Positions 1-10,425 of a stretch of DNA of 64,000 bases are shown piece after piece. The notes under the pieces were generated by a model that saw only the letters and a program-made list of their open reading frames with translations, was not told the DNA's origin and did not search any database. Numbering within the stretch: the first letter of the stretch is position 1; each line of letters begins with the position of its first letter. The position numbers and the translations under genes were made by a program. The stretch is from IMG/VR virus record IMGVR_UViG_3300010163_001408. One strand, given 5' to 3'. The stretch is from an uncultured virus (IMG/VR IMGVR_UViG_3300010163_001408) (lineage: Duplodnaviria > Heunggongvirae > Uroviricota > Caudoviricetes).

Positions 1-1
1 T

Positions 2-58
2 AAAGTAGTGCCTGTAGAAAAGAAGATAGACACAGAAGCAGATGATATAGAATACTAA
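2..58 (+). CDS. 3' end of a gene truncated by the window edge (…KVVPVEKKIDTEADDIEY*)
   Basis: Open frame from base 2 to TAA at 56-58, followed by the RBS (GAGGT) of the next gene. Confidence 0.5.
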   Translation, partial: KVVPVEKKIDTEADDIEY

Positions 59-76
59 GAATAGAGGTATAACATT

Positions 77-706
77 ATGACTAATCAAGAAACACTTAAT
101 ATGTTAAGAATGATGCATGGTAAAGATGTAATATGCACTAACGGATTATTTCATATTATAGACAATAATCATAATGAGATATACATTAATAAACATAATG
201 GTGAAATTGATAGGAGAGGTAAATACAACACCATCATAGTTTATGATGATGTTGTATTGGCTGAGGTAGTCAATGATGTAAAAGTAAGATACGTTATATT
301 AAGTAAAAATAACTTAGAATGTATTTATAGGTCTACAGAAGCTATATTATATATAAACGAAGATTTAATGTATGATACAGTTGGAATTTTAATATCTAAA
401 CATGGAAAAGTATTAGGTAAATTTAATAATATTAAGGATATAGTAAATATAGCAAATAAATATTATTTATTAAGTTCTAATAATATGTTTAGTGATAAAG
501 TTATTTCTTATATTGAGCATAAGGATTTTATACAGGACTTAACAAAAAATAAAAATTACACCATAAGTATTGTAAAAGAAAACAAACATGCAGTAGATGT
601 AATTGATATGAATGGTGGAAAGCATAGATATGATTTCTCGGATCATTCATGTATAAACTTATTTACCATGAAAAAAGAGGATATAGGAATTTGGACAATA
701 ACTTAA
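77..706 (+). CDS. Hypothetical beta-rich protein, paralogue of 691..1389
   Basis: GAGGT RBS; blocks alignable by eye to the next ORF (NEDLMYDT/ENDLVYET, NKYYLLS/NEYYLLS, RYDFSD/MYDFTN); N-terminal LNMLRMMHGK. Confidence 0.8.
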   Translation: MTNQETLNMLRMMHGKDVICTNGLFHIIDNNHNEIYINKHNGEIDRRGKYNTIIVYDDVVLAEVVNDVKVRYVILSKNNLECIYRSTEAILYINEDLMYDTVGILISKHGKVLGKFNNIKDIVNIANKYYLLSSNNMFSDKVISYIEHKDFIQDLTKNKNYTISIVKENKHAVDVIDMNGGKHRYDFSDHSCINLFTMKKEDIGIWTIT

Positions 707-1389
707 ATTTAAACTTAAAAGACATGCTAAATATGCTACAAATAACATATGAAATCAAAGGCAAACCAACAATAATAACAGATAGGCTATTTGGTTTCAT
801 GCAAAAAGATAATACAATTATGCTAATAAATCCTGACACGCTTAAACCATTTAATTACGCATACAGCATTAGATATTTTGATGGTAGCATAATAATATTA
901 TCTAGAAAAATATTTATTATTCAAAGTACAACAATAGTAATAGAGTTGTCAACATTTGAGTTATTATATGAGACAAATAATTATCTAATGATAGAGAATG
1001 ATTTAGTATATGAAACACCTGGTACAAATGCATTGTATAACAAGAGCATGAATATATTAAACTTGAGATTTAAGACACTATACACAGCAGCAATTTTTAG
1101 TAAAATTGCATTAAAAGCAATAAACAATGAATATTATTTATTATCATACAACAAAATTATAAGGGCTGAAGAACATAAAATTGATGAAATAGATATAGAT
1201 TCTAATGACTATTATGAGATACTACACTATGACAAACAAAAAGATACATTAAAATCATTATATAAGTCAAATAAATATGAAATAGATATAGTATCAGAAG
1301 GAATATGCATCTTTAATAAAAGACATGATTATGAGATATTATATATGTATGACTTTACGAATAAAAAGATGCTTTCAGAACAATTATGA
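691..1389 (+). CDS. Hypothetical beta-rich protein, paralogue of 77..706
   Basis: ORF track starts at 649; in-frame TTG at 691 follows AGAGG/AGGA and gives a smaller overlap; N-terminal LNMLQITY. Confidence 0.75.
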   Translation: MDNNLNLNLKDMLNMLQITYEIKGKPTIITDRLFGFMQKDNTIMLINPDTLKPFNYAYSIRYFDGSIIILSRKIFIIQSTTIVIELSTFELLYETNNYLMIENDLVYETPGTNALYNKSMNILNLRFKTLYTAAIFSKIALKAINNEYYLLSYNKIIRAEEHKIDEIDIDSNDYYEILHYDKQKDTLKSLYKSNKYEIDIVSEGICIFNKRHDYEILYMYDFTNKKMLSEQL

Positions 1390-1394
1390 TTACC

Positions 1395-1436
1395 AAAATT
1401 ATCTACATTAAAGTATTATTATGTAGATAATTTTTA
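1395..1436 (+). terminator. Hairpin, probable intrinsic terminator
   Basis: 14-bp inverted repeat AAAATTATCTACAT/ATGTAGATAATTTT just after a stop codon. Confidence 0.55.
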
Positions 1437-1454
1437 ATTTAAGGAGAAAAAATT

Positions 1455-1913
1455 ATGGGTAGAATAAGTAAGGATGCATACTACTTAGGTATTGCTGAAT
1501 CTGTACTTGAAAGAAGCACCTGTTTAAGACGAAAGTATGGCGCTGTGCTTGTAAAAAATGACGAGATAGTAAGTACAGGTTACAACGGAAGCCCAAGAGG
1601 TGAAACAAACTGCTGTGATGTAGGCTACTGCGAAAGAGAAAAGCAAAATGTTCCTAAAGGTGAAAGATATGAACTGTGTGTGGCCATACATGCAGAAGAT
1701 AATGCAATAACAAGTGCAGGCAGAAACAGGGCAAATGGAGCAACACTTTATATAGTAGGAAAAGAAGTATCAGATCTATCTAAGTACGCTAATCCAAGTC
1801 CATGCATGATGTGCAGAAGAAAAATCAAGAATGCAGGTATAGAAAGAGTAGTAGGTTTGTTTACTGAAGATGATAAACAAGTAATAAAAGATATTGATAT
1901 CAATATAAATTAA
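1455..1913 (+). CDS. dCMP deaminase / cytidine-deoxycytidylate deaminase family
   Basis: RSTCLRR..GAV, TGYNGSP, HAE and PCxxC zinc motifs; AAGGAG RBS. Confidence 0.92.
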   Translation: MGRISKDAYYLGIAESVLERSTCLRRKYGAVLVKNDEIVSTGYNGSPRGETNCCDVGYCEREKQNVPKGERYELCVAIHAEDNAITSAGRNRANGATLYIVGKEVSDLSKYANPSPCMMCRRKIKNAGIERVVGLFTEDDKQVIKDIDININ

Positions 1914-1936
1914 GAAAGGATAAGGGTAAAGCAGAC

Positions 1937-3328
1937 ATGACATCAAGATATGATAAGTTAGACGTTGAACAAAAATTTGCAAAGATTATTGTGGATTTGA
2001 GACCTTTGAGACCTTTTTATTCAGCAATATATGAGGCTCTGGAGCGTGTTGAGGTCGAAGATGAATTCATCCCAACAATGGGAGTAACTACAAATAAAAT
2101 GTTATACAATAAGGAGTTTATAGAGAAGCTTCCTTATTCAGAGTTTATGTTTATAAATTTACATGAGATTGCTCATGTGGCCTTAATGCATGTATCCAGA
2201 CGTGGAAAGAGAGACCCTCAGTTATGGAACATAGCATGTGATTTATATGTAAATAAGCTTCTATCAGAGGAGTTTAACATTCAACCTGGTGATACAGATT
2301 CAAGTAGAAACATTACAATGCCTACTAGCGGGTGCTGGTGTTCGAGCATTGATACAGACACAGAATGTGCTGAATCCATCTATGAAGAATTTGAAAAGCA
2401 GGCTAAACAGAATGGATATTTTAAAGATTGCATGAATGGTGGTGGAGACTCTGAATCAGATGTAAAAGCAGGTGACAAGAAACAATACAAGTTCACCTAT
2501 AAAGGCACCAACAGAGAGAATAACTCTAGATCAAGTGGTTCAGGCAGTAATCCATTTGGTTCAAGTAACTCAAATAAGGGAGATACGTTTGAAACAAAAA
2601 TCAATGTTAAGTTTGTTGGCGGTGATATCATAGATACTGGCGAGGATGACCTTAAAAAGGAAAATGATAACAAGAAAGTATTATCTGAGGCAAAGACAAG
2701 ATATGAAATGTCACAGAATGCAGGCAATGAAGCAGGTAAATTAAAGTTTAAGGTAGACAGTATACTTGCTAGTAAGATTGACTGGCGTAAGTGGTTAAAG
2801 AAGTACTGCATTCAGGCTAAAGCTTCTGATTCATCATTTTCTAATCCAGACAAGAGAATGTTTTATCAGAACGCTATTTATCCCGGTCAAATGCTTGATG
2901 AACTTAACTCAATCAAAGGAATTAAGGTGTGTATAGACACCAGTGGATCTATATCTGACCAGGACTTAAGATATATATTCGGACAGATTTATAAGCTGTC
3001 AAAACAGTTCAAGATTGAGGCAGAGGTAATTGCTTGGGATACTTGCATGACTAGCTGCGGTAACCTTACGAATACTACAGATATTAAAGATGTAGAGTTA
3101 GAGGGACGTGGAGGTACAGATCCTACTTGCTTGTTTGAGTACTTTGACTCCAAGAAGTGTAAGGTTAAACCTATAGTAACTCTAGTGTTTACCGATGGGT
3201 ACTGGGGCATAAATGTAAATCCTAAGTGGCCTAAGAAATATAAGGATACTCTCTGGGTAATGACTAAGGATGCAGATGCTAATTTCAAACCTCCTTTTGG
3301 TTTAAAGACTAAGGTTAAGTATGACTAA
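1937..3328 (+). CDS. DUF2201-type putative metallopeptidase with C-terminal VWA domain
   Basis: HExxH (LHEIAHVALMH), WNIACD..VN, IDWR, MIDAS motif DTSGS, GRGGTD, FTDG. Confidence 0.88.
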   Translation: MTSRYDKLDVEQKFAKIIVDLRPLRPFYSAIYEALERVEVEDEFIPTMGVTTNKMLYNKEFIEKLPYSEFMFINLHEIAHVALMHVSRRGKRDPQLWNIACDLYVNKLLSEEFNIQPGDTDSSRNITMPTSGCWCSSIDTDTECAESIYEEFEKQAKQNGYFKDCMNGGGDSESDVKAGDKKQYKFTYKGTNRENNSRSSGSGSNPFGSSNSNKGDTFETKINVKFVGGDIIDTGEDDLKKENDNKKVLSEAKTRYEMSQNAGNEAGKLKFKVDSILASKIDWRKWLKKYCIQAKASDSSFSNPDKRMFYQNAIYPGQMLDELNSIKGIKVCIDTSGSISDQDLRYIFGQIYKLSKQFKIEAEVIAWDTCMTSCGNLTNTTDIKDVELEGRGGTDPTCLFEYFDSKKCKVKPIVTLVFTDGYWGINVNPKWPKKYKDTLWVMTKDADANFKPPFGLKTKVKYD

Positions 3329-3876
3329 ACCATACATATGGGTAAAAATTGAGTATGCATTGTATACGTTAGCAATATTTTAAGATATATTCTTTGAATA
3401 AGTATTTATCAAGAAGGTGTAAAAGTCATGATTTAGCATAAAAATAATTATGACTTTTACACCAAAAACTAAATCGGCATAAGTTTACTAAAAAGGTACA
3501 CATATGTACAATAATGAGGGTGGCATTAGGGTAAAACTAGGGGTAGGCATGGGGTTGAAAAATTTCGGGAATTTTTGAAGGATTTTATAACATGGGTTAA
3601 ATAATTATACAATAGGATAAAACAGATAAACACGAATAACGAGATAAACATTGGATTACTTTCAATTACAAATATATGTGAATATAAAATCAAGATATTA
3701 TAGTAACAACATAAGTACATAGAAAGGAGACAACTGAAAATGAAGAAGGATTCACAGAAACAAATGATATGCAGTAACAGTTTATCAACTTAACAAACAG
3801 GTATACTTATACCTGTACAAGTAACATAATAACAAATCAAATAATTTTGAACTTTGCGAAAGTAGAGGTATACAAC

Positions 3877-4152
3877 ATGAAAGATAATACAGAAAGAATA
3901 ACAACATTAATAAACAGCTTTGTGGCTGAGGATAAAAGACTTAAAGCATTCAAGAAGAGAAAAGAACGTAAGGAACTAACCGACAGATTTACCATTGCAT
4001 TGTGTGGTATGATGCTATTACTAGATGAAAATGAGAGAGAACATACACTTGAGATGTTGTACAGCAATAAAATAATGGGCAACATTATAAAGTCTATAGA
4101 TAGAATAAACAATAATCAAGTAGATAGGATGGCACAATTAGGATATGTTTAA
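3877..4152 (+). CDS. Hypothetical protein
   Basis: ORF; ATG at 3877 after GAGGT preferred over the TTG at 3847. Confidence 0.65.
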   Translation: MKDNTERITTLINSFVAEDKRLKAFKKRKERKELTDRFTIALCGMMLLLDENEREHTLEMLYSNKIMGNIIKSIDRINNNQVDRMAQLGYV

Positions 4153-4360
4153 GACAGATACAAAATTAAGCAAATACATTAAAGTAGGTATAAAGAATCT
4201 GTACTGGGATACTATTAGGAGTATTCTGTTAAGTAAATTCATACCCTGTTTTATAACAGGATGCTGCTGTAAAAAGATTGAAACAGCACTTGATATAGGG
4301 TTTATAATAGGGATATCATTGCTAGTTTCAACATGTATTGATGCAATACAAACAAAATAA
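4145..4360 (+). CDS. Small hypothetical membrane protein
   Basis: Overlaps the upstream stop; two hydrophobic segments. Confidence 0.5.
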   Translation: MFKTDTKLSKYIKVGIKNLYWDTIRSILLSKFIPCFITGCCCKKIETALDIGFIIGISLLVSTCIDAIQTK

Positions 4361-4373
4361 AAGGATATACAAT

Positions 4374-4661
4374 ATGAAGATTTGGTTAGACGACTTAAGA
4401 AAACCTCCACAAGGATACATTTGGTGTCAATCAGTGAATCAGGCAATAAACACTATAATGAATTATGGTATACCTGAAGTTATAGACTTTGATCATGATG
4501 CTGGTGATTTTGCATGTGATGGTGGTGACTTTATTCGATTAATGGATTGGATGGAAGAAAGCAGTATAGCATGTAAAATTAAAATACACACCATGAATCC
4601 AGTAGGTAGACAACAAATGATTGCTATAGCAAAGAAAAACAACTGGATGATCATTAACTAA
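4374..4661 (+). CDS. Stand-alone cyclic-phosphate-processing receiver-domain protein
   Basis: MKIWLDDLR, IDFDHD.G, G.D....W and IHTMNPVG motifs; ATG at 4374 after AAGGA. Confidence 0.8.
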   Translation: MKIWLDDLRKPPQGYIWCQSVNQAINTIMNYGIPEVIDFDHDAGDFACDGGDFIRLMDWMEESSIACKIKIHTMNPVGRQQMIAIAKKNNWMIIN

Positions 4662-4683
4662 AAATAAAACAAGAGGAACAAAT

Positions 4684-5124
4684 ATGCAATCAGAAAATCA
4701 AGCATTTGCATTTGTCATCACAGACAAGTTTAAAAGATTAGCAGTCTTATCTGGTAGTAATGATGACGAAAATATGTGGATGGAATTTGGGGAAAATACC
4801 TTTAGTCATATATTATTTTCAAATATACAATTGGAAATTTATCCAGAAAGCACAGATAAACAATATAATTACCTTATAGAATATAAGGATAATGCATATG
4901 AAATACAGTTATTAACAGCAGATTTATCTGAGGAACTTTCAGATAAGTATGAAATATCAGACTTAATTGATAAATTACTGTCAGATGATGACTGTACAGT
5001 GATTGATAATACCAATACCAAGAAATCAGTTATATTAAATATAAACGGAGTAAACGTTTATATATCTGATGAAAGCATACCATTAATGAGAGGTATACGT
5101 AAGAAAATAAATATAAGATTCTGA
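4684..5124 (+). CDS. Hypothetical protein
   Basis: 146-aa ORF with GAGGA RBS. Confidence 0.75.
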   Translation: MQSENQAFAFVITDKFKRLAVLSGSNDDENMWMEFGENTFSHILFSNIQLEIYPESTDKQYNYLIEYKDNAYEIQLLTADLSEELSDKYEISDLIDKLLSDDDCTVIDNTNTKKSVILNINGVNVYISDESIPLMRGIRKKINIRF

Positions 5125-5138
5125 AAATAAAAAATAAG

Positions 5139-5175
5139 ATAAGGCAATCATACATATGTGATTGCCTTATTTTTA
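5139..5175 (+). terminator. Intrinsic terminator
   Basis: ATAAGGCAATCA/TGATTGCCTTAT stem followed by a T-tract. Confidence 0.75.
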
Positions 5176-5227
5176 TGCTTTTAAATTATAAAGATAAAAA
5201 TTTTTATTTTTTATAGGAGATAGAAAA

Positions 5228-6451
5228 ATGGATAATAACACTGGAAGAAAAAGAAGAGCACCACTTATAAATATGGACAGCATAAATAACAATACCATGG
5301 ACATGGATATTGATATATCAACACCCTCACCTATGTCACAAAATACCACTATGCAAGCACCACAGCAGCCACAGCAGTCACAGCAGCCACAAAAGAGAGT
5401 GACACCTAAAAAACCTCAACAGCAATCTATACAAACACAAGAACAAATGCTTGCAAGAAACAACACGCCTCAAAACATAGAGGCAGACCTTTCAGACCTG
5501 AACTCAGGTTTAACTGATGATATAAACAGGTCTAATGAAAAGAAGCAACGTGCCAAATTAGAGAAACAACAAAGGGATGCAGAGAGAAAGCAGAAAGTAA
5601 AATCTAAATTACCTATTTTGATTGGTGGAGTAGCAGGATGTTTAGTGCTAGTAGTCATTATAGTAGCATTGAATATTGTAAAAAGCAATAGTGATTATAC
5701 TTTAAATTTAATAGATAGTGGTATAATAGTACCCCAACAGGCATCTTTTGAAGATACTTCTACTAAATACTTAGTAATGAATAACAATAATAAAACAGAT
5801 AACTCAAGTGATAATCAAACAGATCAACCTATTATAGATTCAAAATACAATATAGTTCAGCTAGGTACAAATGAATCATTAAAAGCTGGACAAACAATTT
5901 TAATAGATACAATAATTAACACTAAGGAATCATGGGAAACTGAATATAGTGATCATAAAACTCAATTCTTCTTTACATACAACAAGATTGAAACAAATTA
6001 TGAAAAAATAGTAGATGCAGTAAATGAATTTAATGAAACAAGTAATAATAAAATAAACATTCCTAGTGAATCAGAATATACAAATGCTAATTTACAATTG
6101 GTTTGTATAGAAACAACAATAGCATATCCAGAGAACTTTCCTACTTATAACACGGATGGAAAAGTATGGGATATACCAACTGTAGAAGCTAGTATACAAG
6201 GATTATGTGAAGAGCAGTTACTTGATGAAGAATTAGAAAAATCTTTAGATTGTTATATATTAATTGATGACATGATATATGAAATCAGTGACTTTATAGC
6301 ATTAAACAATAAGATAGATGAAATGAACATTCATGATGAATATAAGTTTAGGTTTATTACATCTTTACCAATAAGAGCAACACCAGATTTATATAAAATA
6401 ACATTAAATGTTAAAACAAGTTCAGGGAACACATCAATAGGCATAGAATAA
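5228..6451 (+). CDS. Single-pass membrane protein with Q/P-rich disordered N-terminus and extracellular C-terminal domain
   Basis: AGGAGA RBS; basic stretch, then hydrophobic LPILIGGVAGCLVLVVIIVAL. Confidence 0.8.
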   Translation: MDNNTGRKRRAPLINMDSINNNTMDMDIDISTPSPMSQNTTMQAPQQPQQSQQPQKRVTPKKPQQQSIQTQEQMLARNNTPQNIEADLSDLNSGLTDDINRSNEKKQRAKLEKQQRDAERKQKVKSKLPILIGGVAGCLVLVVIIVALNIVKSNSDYTLNLIDSGIIVPQQASFEDTSTKYLVMNNNNKTDNSSDNQTDQPIIDSKYNIVQLGTNESLKAGQTILIDTIINTKESWETEYSDHKTQFFFTYNKIETNYEKIVDAVNEFNETSNNKINIPSESEYTNANLQLVCIETTIAYPENFPTYNTDGKVWDIPTVEASIQGLCEEQLLDEELEKSLDCYILIDDMIYEISDFIALNNKIDEMNIHDEYKFRFITSLPIRATPDLYKITLNVKTSSGNTSIGIE

Positions 6452-6476
6452 AATTAAGAGGAAATATATAATATAC

Positions 6477-6510
6477 AATTGAGTAGCAGTAAAATGCTAC
6501 TCAATTTTGT
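6477..6510 (+). terminator. Intrinsic terminator
   Basis: AATTGAGTAGCA/TGCTACTCAATT stem plus T-rich tail. Confidence 0.7.
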
Positions 6511-6588
6511 TTAGGCTATTATAATAAGCATATAAATATATTAAGTATATTTAATTTTTATTTTTAAATAGGATAAGGAGAAATAGAC

Positions 6589-6945
6589 ATGAGGGATTTT
6601 TTATTACATAAAACAATTAAAGATATATACCTTTTAAGTTACAGTAGCCAGTTTTATTTGCTTAACAAGCATGATGAAACAATACCATATACAGTAGAAT
6701 ATTTAAATAATAATGAAAGTAGTGTAGTTGAATACAAACTCAAACCTCATGAATTAAAGTTACTTGATAACCAGGACAGTATAAATAAAATTACATGTCC
6801 ACACTTTGGACATGAAACAATAAAATTAAAAGAGTACACACCTAAATCAGACACAGGAAGCGTCTGTGGACTTTTTCTTAGTGCCTTAGTCGGCGCTATA
6901 GTAGAGTATATCATGTTAGATTTAATGCAAATACTTTTTGATTAG
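6589..6945 (+). CDS. Hypothetical protein with C-terminal membrane anchor
   Basis: AAGGAG RBS; hydrophobic C-terminus. Confidence 0.7.
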   Translation: MRDFLLHKTIKDIYLLSYSSQFYLLNKHDETIPYTVEYLNNNESSVVEYKLKPHELKLLDNQDSINKITCPHFGHETIKLKEYTPKSDTGSVCGLFLSALVGAIVEYIMLDLMQILFD

Positions 6946-6960
6946 GAGGAGAGAAAGAAC

Positions 6961-7533
6961 ATGGGAAACATAATATATTTTGAACTAAACAATTGGTTTG
7001 TAGGTCAGGACTATCCAAATACAGAGCCATATCTAAGTTGGATGGGTAATGATTTCAATATTCCATTTAGGAATGATGAATGGGTAAAGGAACAAAAACT
7101 GTGTGTTACAATTACTTCTGTTGACCTATCACAGAATTTTTGTATAGCAGCACCAGAGGAATGGGTAAAACAAAATTGTCCGAGCCTATTAACAGAGTAC
7201 ACAGATTTTCTCAGACATCCAGATGAGGATGGAGATGTTTATAGTAGATTTGGCACAGAATTTGTTCCTTATACAGAGGAAAATATTGGAGTACATTGGA
7301 TATATGGGGATATTGAAGAAGATGACGACGATTATGATTATGATAGAGAAGATGAATATGCTGAAAACAATAATAATGACGACAGCAAAGAATATGATGA
7401 CACTGAAGAATATGATGACAGCGAAGAATATGATGACACTGAAGAATATGATGACACTGAAGAATATGATGACGACAGCGAAGAATATGATGAAGAAGAT
7501 TACAATGATGAAAACATATATTATTATGAATAG
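6961..7533 (+). CDS. Hypothetical protein with acidic C-terminal repeat tail
   Basis: AGGAG RBS; Trp-rich globular N-terminus, then (EEYDDT/S)n. Confidence 0.8.
   Translation: MGNIIYFELNNWFVGQDYPNTEPYLSWMGNDFNIPFRNDEWVKEQKLCVTITSVDLSQNFCIAAPEEWVKQNCPSLLTEYTDFLRHPDEDGDVYSRFGTEFVPYTEENIGVHWIYGDIEEDDDDYDYDREDEYAENNNNDDSKEYDDTEEYDDSEEYDDTEEYDDTEEYDDDSEEYDEEDYNDENIYYYE
7388..7495 (+). repeat. In-frame 18-nt tandem repeat GAAGAATATGATGAC(ACT/AGC), about 6 units
   Basis: Visible directly; encodes EEYDDT/S. Confidence 0.9.
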
Positions 7534-7718
7534 ACAGTGTTAACAAATAAAAATACAGTATATAAAAAATTAAAAACAAGATAAATAAAATAATATACAT
7601 CAAAAAGTAAAAGAACTTGTTTATACAATGCATTGTTAAAATGTATAGACATATATCATATACATTTTGATATTATAGGGGTAAAATAAAATTTTTTGAA
7701 AGGGATAGGTGAAAAGTA

Positions 7719-8846
7719 GTGGCAAGTAATAATTTACCTTCAATCACAATTGAGACATTTACAAAAATTGTAAAAATGCAGTTTCAGGAAAGGAACTTCA
7801 GACCTATTTTTGGTTTGGGCAAGGGCGGAATCGGAAAGACAGAATCCATTGCAGATCTGGCAAAGAAGGAACTCAAGATCGGCTATATTGATGTAAGACT
7901 TTTGCTTTACAGCGAGACTGATTTGAAGGGTATTCCTTATCCTAACGCTGAACATACCCATACTATCTGGTTACAGAACAACATACTTCCTAATGAGGAA
8001 AGAGATGGAAAGTCAGGTATCCTTGTATTTGATGAAATTACATCTTGTGCAAGAAGTGTAAGAACAGCAGCATACCAGCTGTTGAATGAAAGACGTCTGG
8101 GTGAATATACATTACCTGATGGATGGATGGTAGTATGCCTTGGTAATGGTGAAGATGACGGTGGAGATTTCCAGGGTATGGAAGGGAACTTTACTAATAG
8201 ATGCTCGGTTTACAATGTTGTTCCTAATGTGGAATCTTGGAAGACTTGGGCATTGAAAAACAATGTAAATGAATTGGTATCTGCATACGTTTCATTTAAG
8301 CCTCAGGATCTTCACAGTTACACACCCGACAGTGAAACAGAAATGCTGTTTGCTTCTCCTAGAAGCTGGACAGCTGTAAGTAATATACTTAATACCTATG
8401 GTTACAGGGACGGGGACGAGATTATGTCAGCTCGTATTATTGGTAACCTTGGACAGCGTGTTGGACAGCAGTTCATTTCATTCTGCAAGTTCAAGTTCAA
8501 TGAAAAGACAATTGATCCTAAGAGGATCCTTGAAAATGGCGAAATGTTTAAGACAGATAGTCAGGAGATTATCTACATTACCATTGAAAGTGTAATCAAG
8601 CTTATGGGTGACCAGATCAAGGCAGATTACCAGAATAGTAAGATTCAGGAGAATACCTATAAGCAGGCAGCTAACGGTATGAGATGGATCCTTGGACTTA
8701 AGAAGGAATATGCTGTAATGGGATATAAGGACTTCATCAGATATGATGAAGACATCATGAGAACCTTTGTAATGACCCCTACTTTTCACAAGTTCTGTCC
8801 TGAACTGTTGAAGTTCGCAAAGGACAATGAGGCTATCTTCTCCTAA
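7719..8846 (+). CDS. MoxR-like AAA+ ATPase, probable partner of the VWA protein at 1937
   Basis: Walker A GKGGIGKT, IDVRL, DLKGIP, Walker B LVFDEI, YQLLNER.LG.Y.LP, FASPRSW; GTG start. Confidence 0.88.
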   Translation: MASNNLPSITIETFTKIVKMQFQERNFRPIFGLGKGGIGKTESIADLAKKELKIGYIDVRLLLYSETDLKGIPYPNAEHTHTIWLQNNILPNEERDGKSGILVFDEITSCARSVRTAAYQLLNERRLGEYTLPDGWMVVCLGNGEDDGGDFQGMEGNFTNRCSVYNVVPNVESWKTWALKNNVNELVSAYVSFKPQDLHSYTPDSETEMLFASPRSWTAVSNILNTYGYRDGDEIMSARIIGNLGQRVGQQFISFCKFKFNEKTIDPKRILENGEMFKTDSQEIIYITIESVIKLMGDQIKADYQNSKIQENTYKQAANGMRWILGLKKEYAVMGYKDFIRYDEDIMRTFVMTPTFHKFCPELLKFAKDNEAIFS

Positions 8847-8906
8847 GGGAGAGGATAGACCTCTGGAACTAAATGAGAGTTTGTATAAGGAGAATCAACA
8901 ATATAA

Positions 8907-10202
<1,296 letters not shown>

Positions 10203-10425
10203 GGAACAGAAACACTAAAGAGGGACATATCAAACATCAAAAAGCAGCAAACATTAAAACATATCAGGTATTAAAATACTATAGACATTATAGTTATAGG
10301 GAGGACAACTGGAACTTGTGCTTTACATATGAAATATTATGTAGGGTTACAAGTTTCAGTTGTATATGGAAATAGGATTGAACTAGGATATACATTGATA
10401 AACGTAAATTTAGGCAGGTAGTATT

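Noticed and set aside
7388..7495. CRISPR-like array at this or the other tandem repeats (21214, 28490, 40504, 59440)
   Set aside because: Unit lengths are multiples of 3, lie within ORFs and have no unique spacers; no cas genes are present.
7223..7543. Alternative-frame Met/Lys-rich ORF and the antisense His/Cys-rich ORF at 7211-7633
   Set aside because: Both are by-products of the 18-nt repeat in the 6961 gene.
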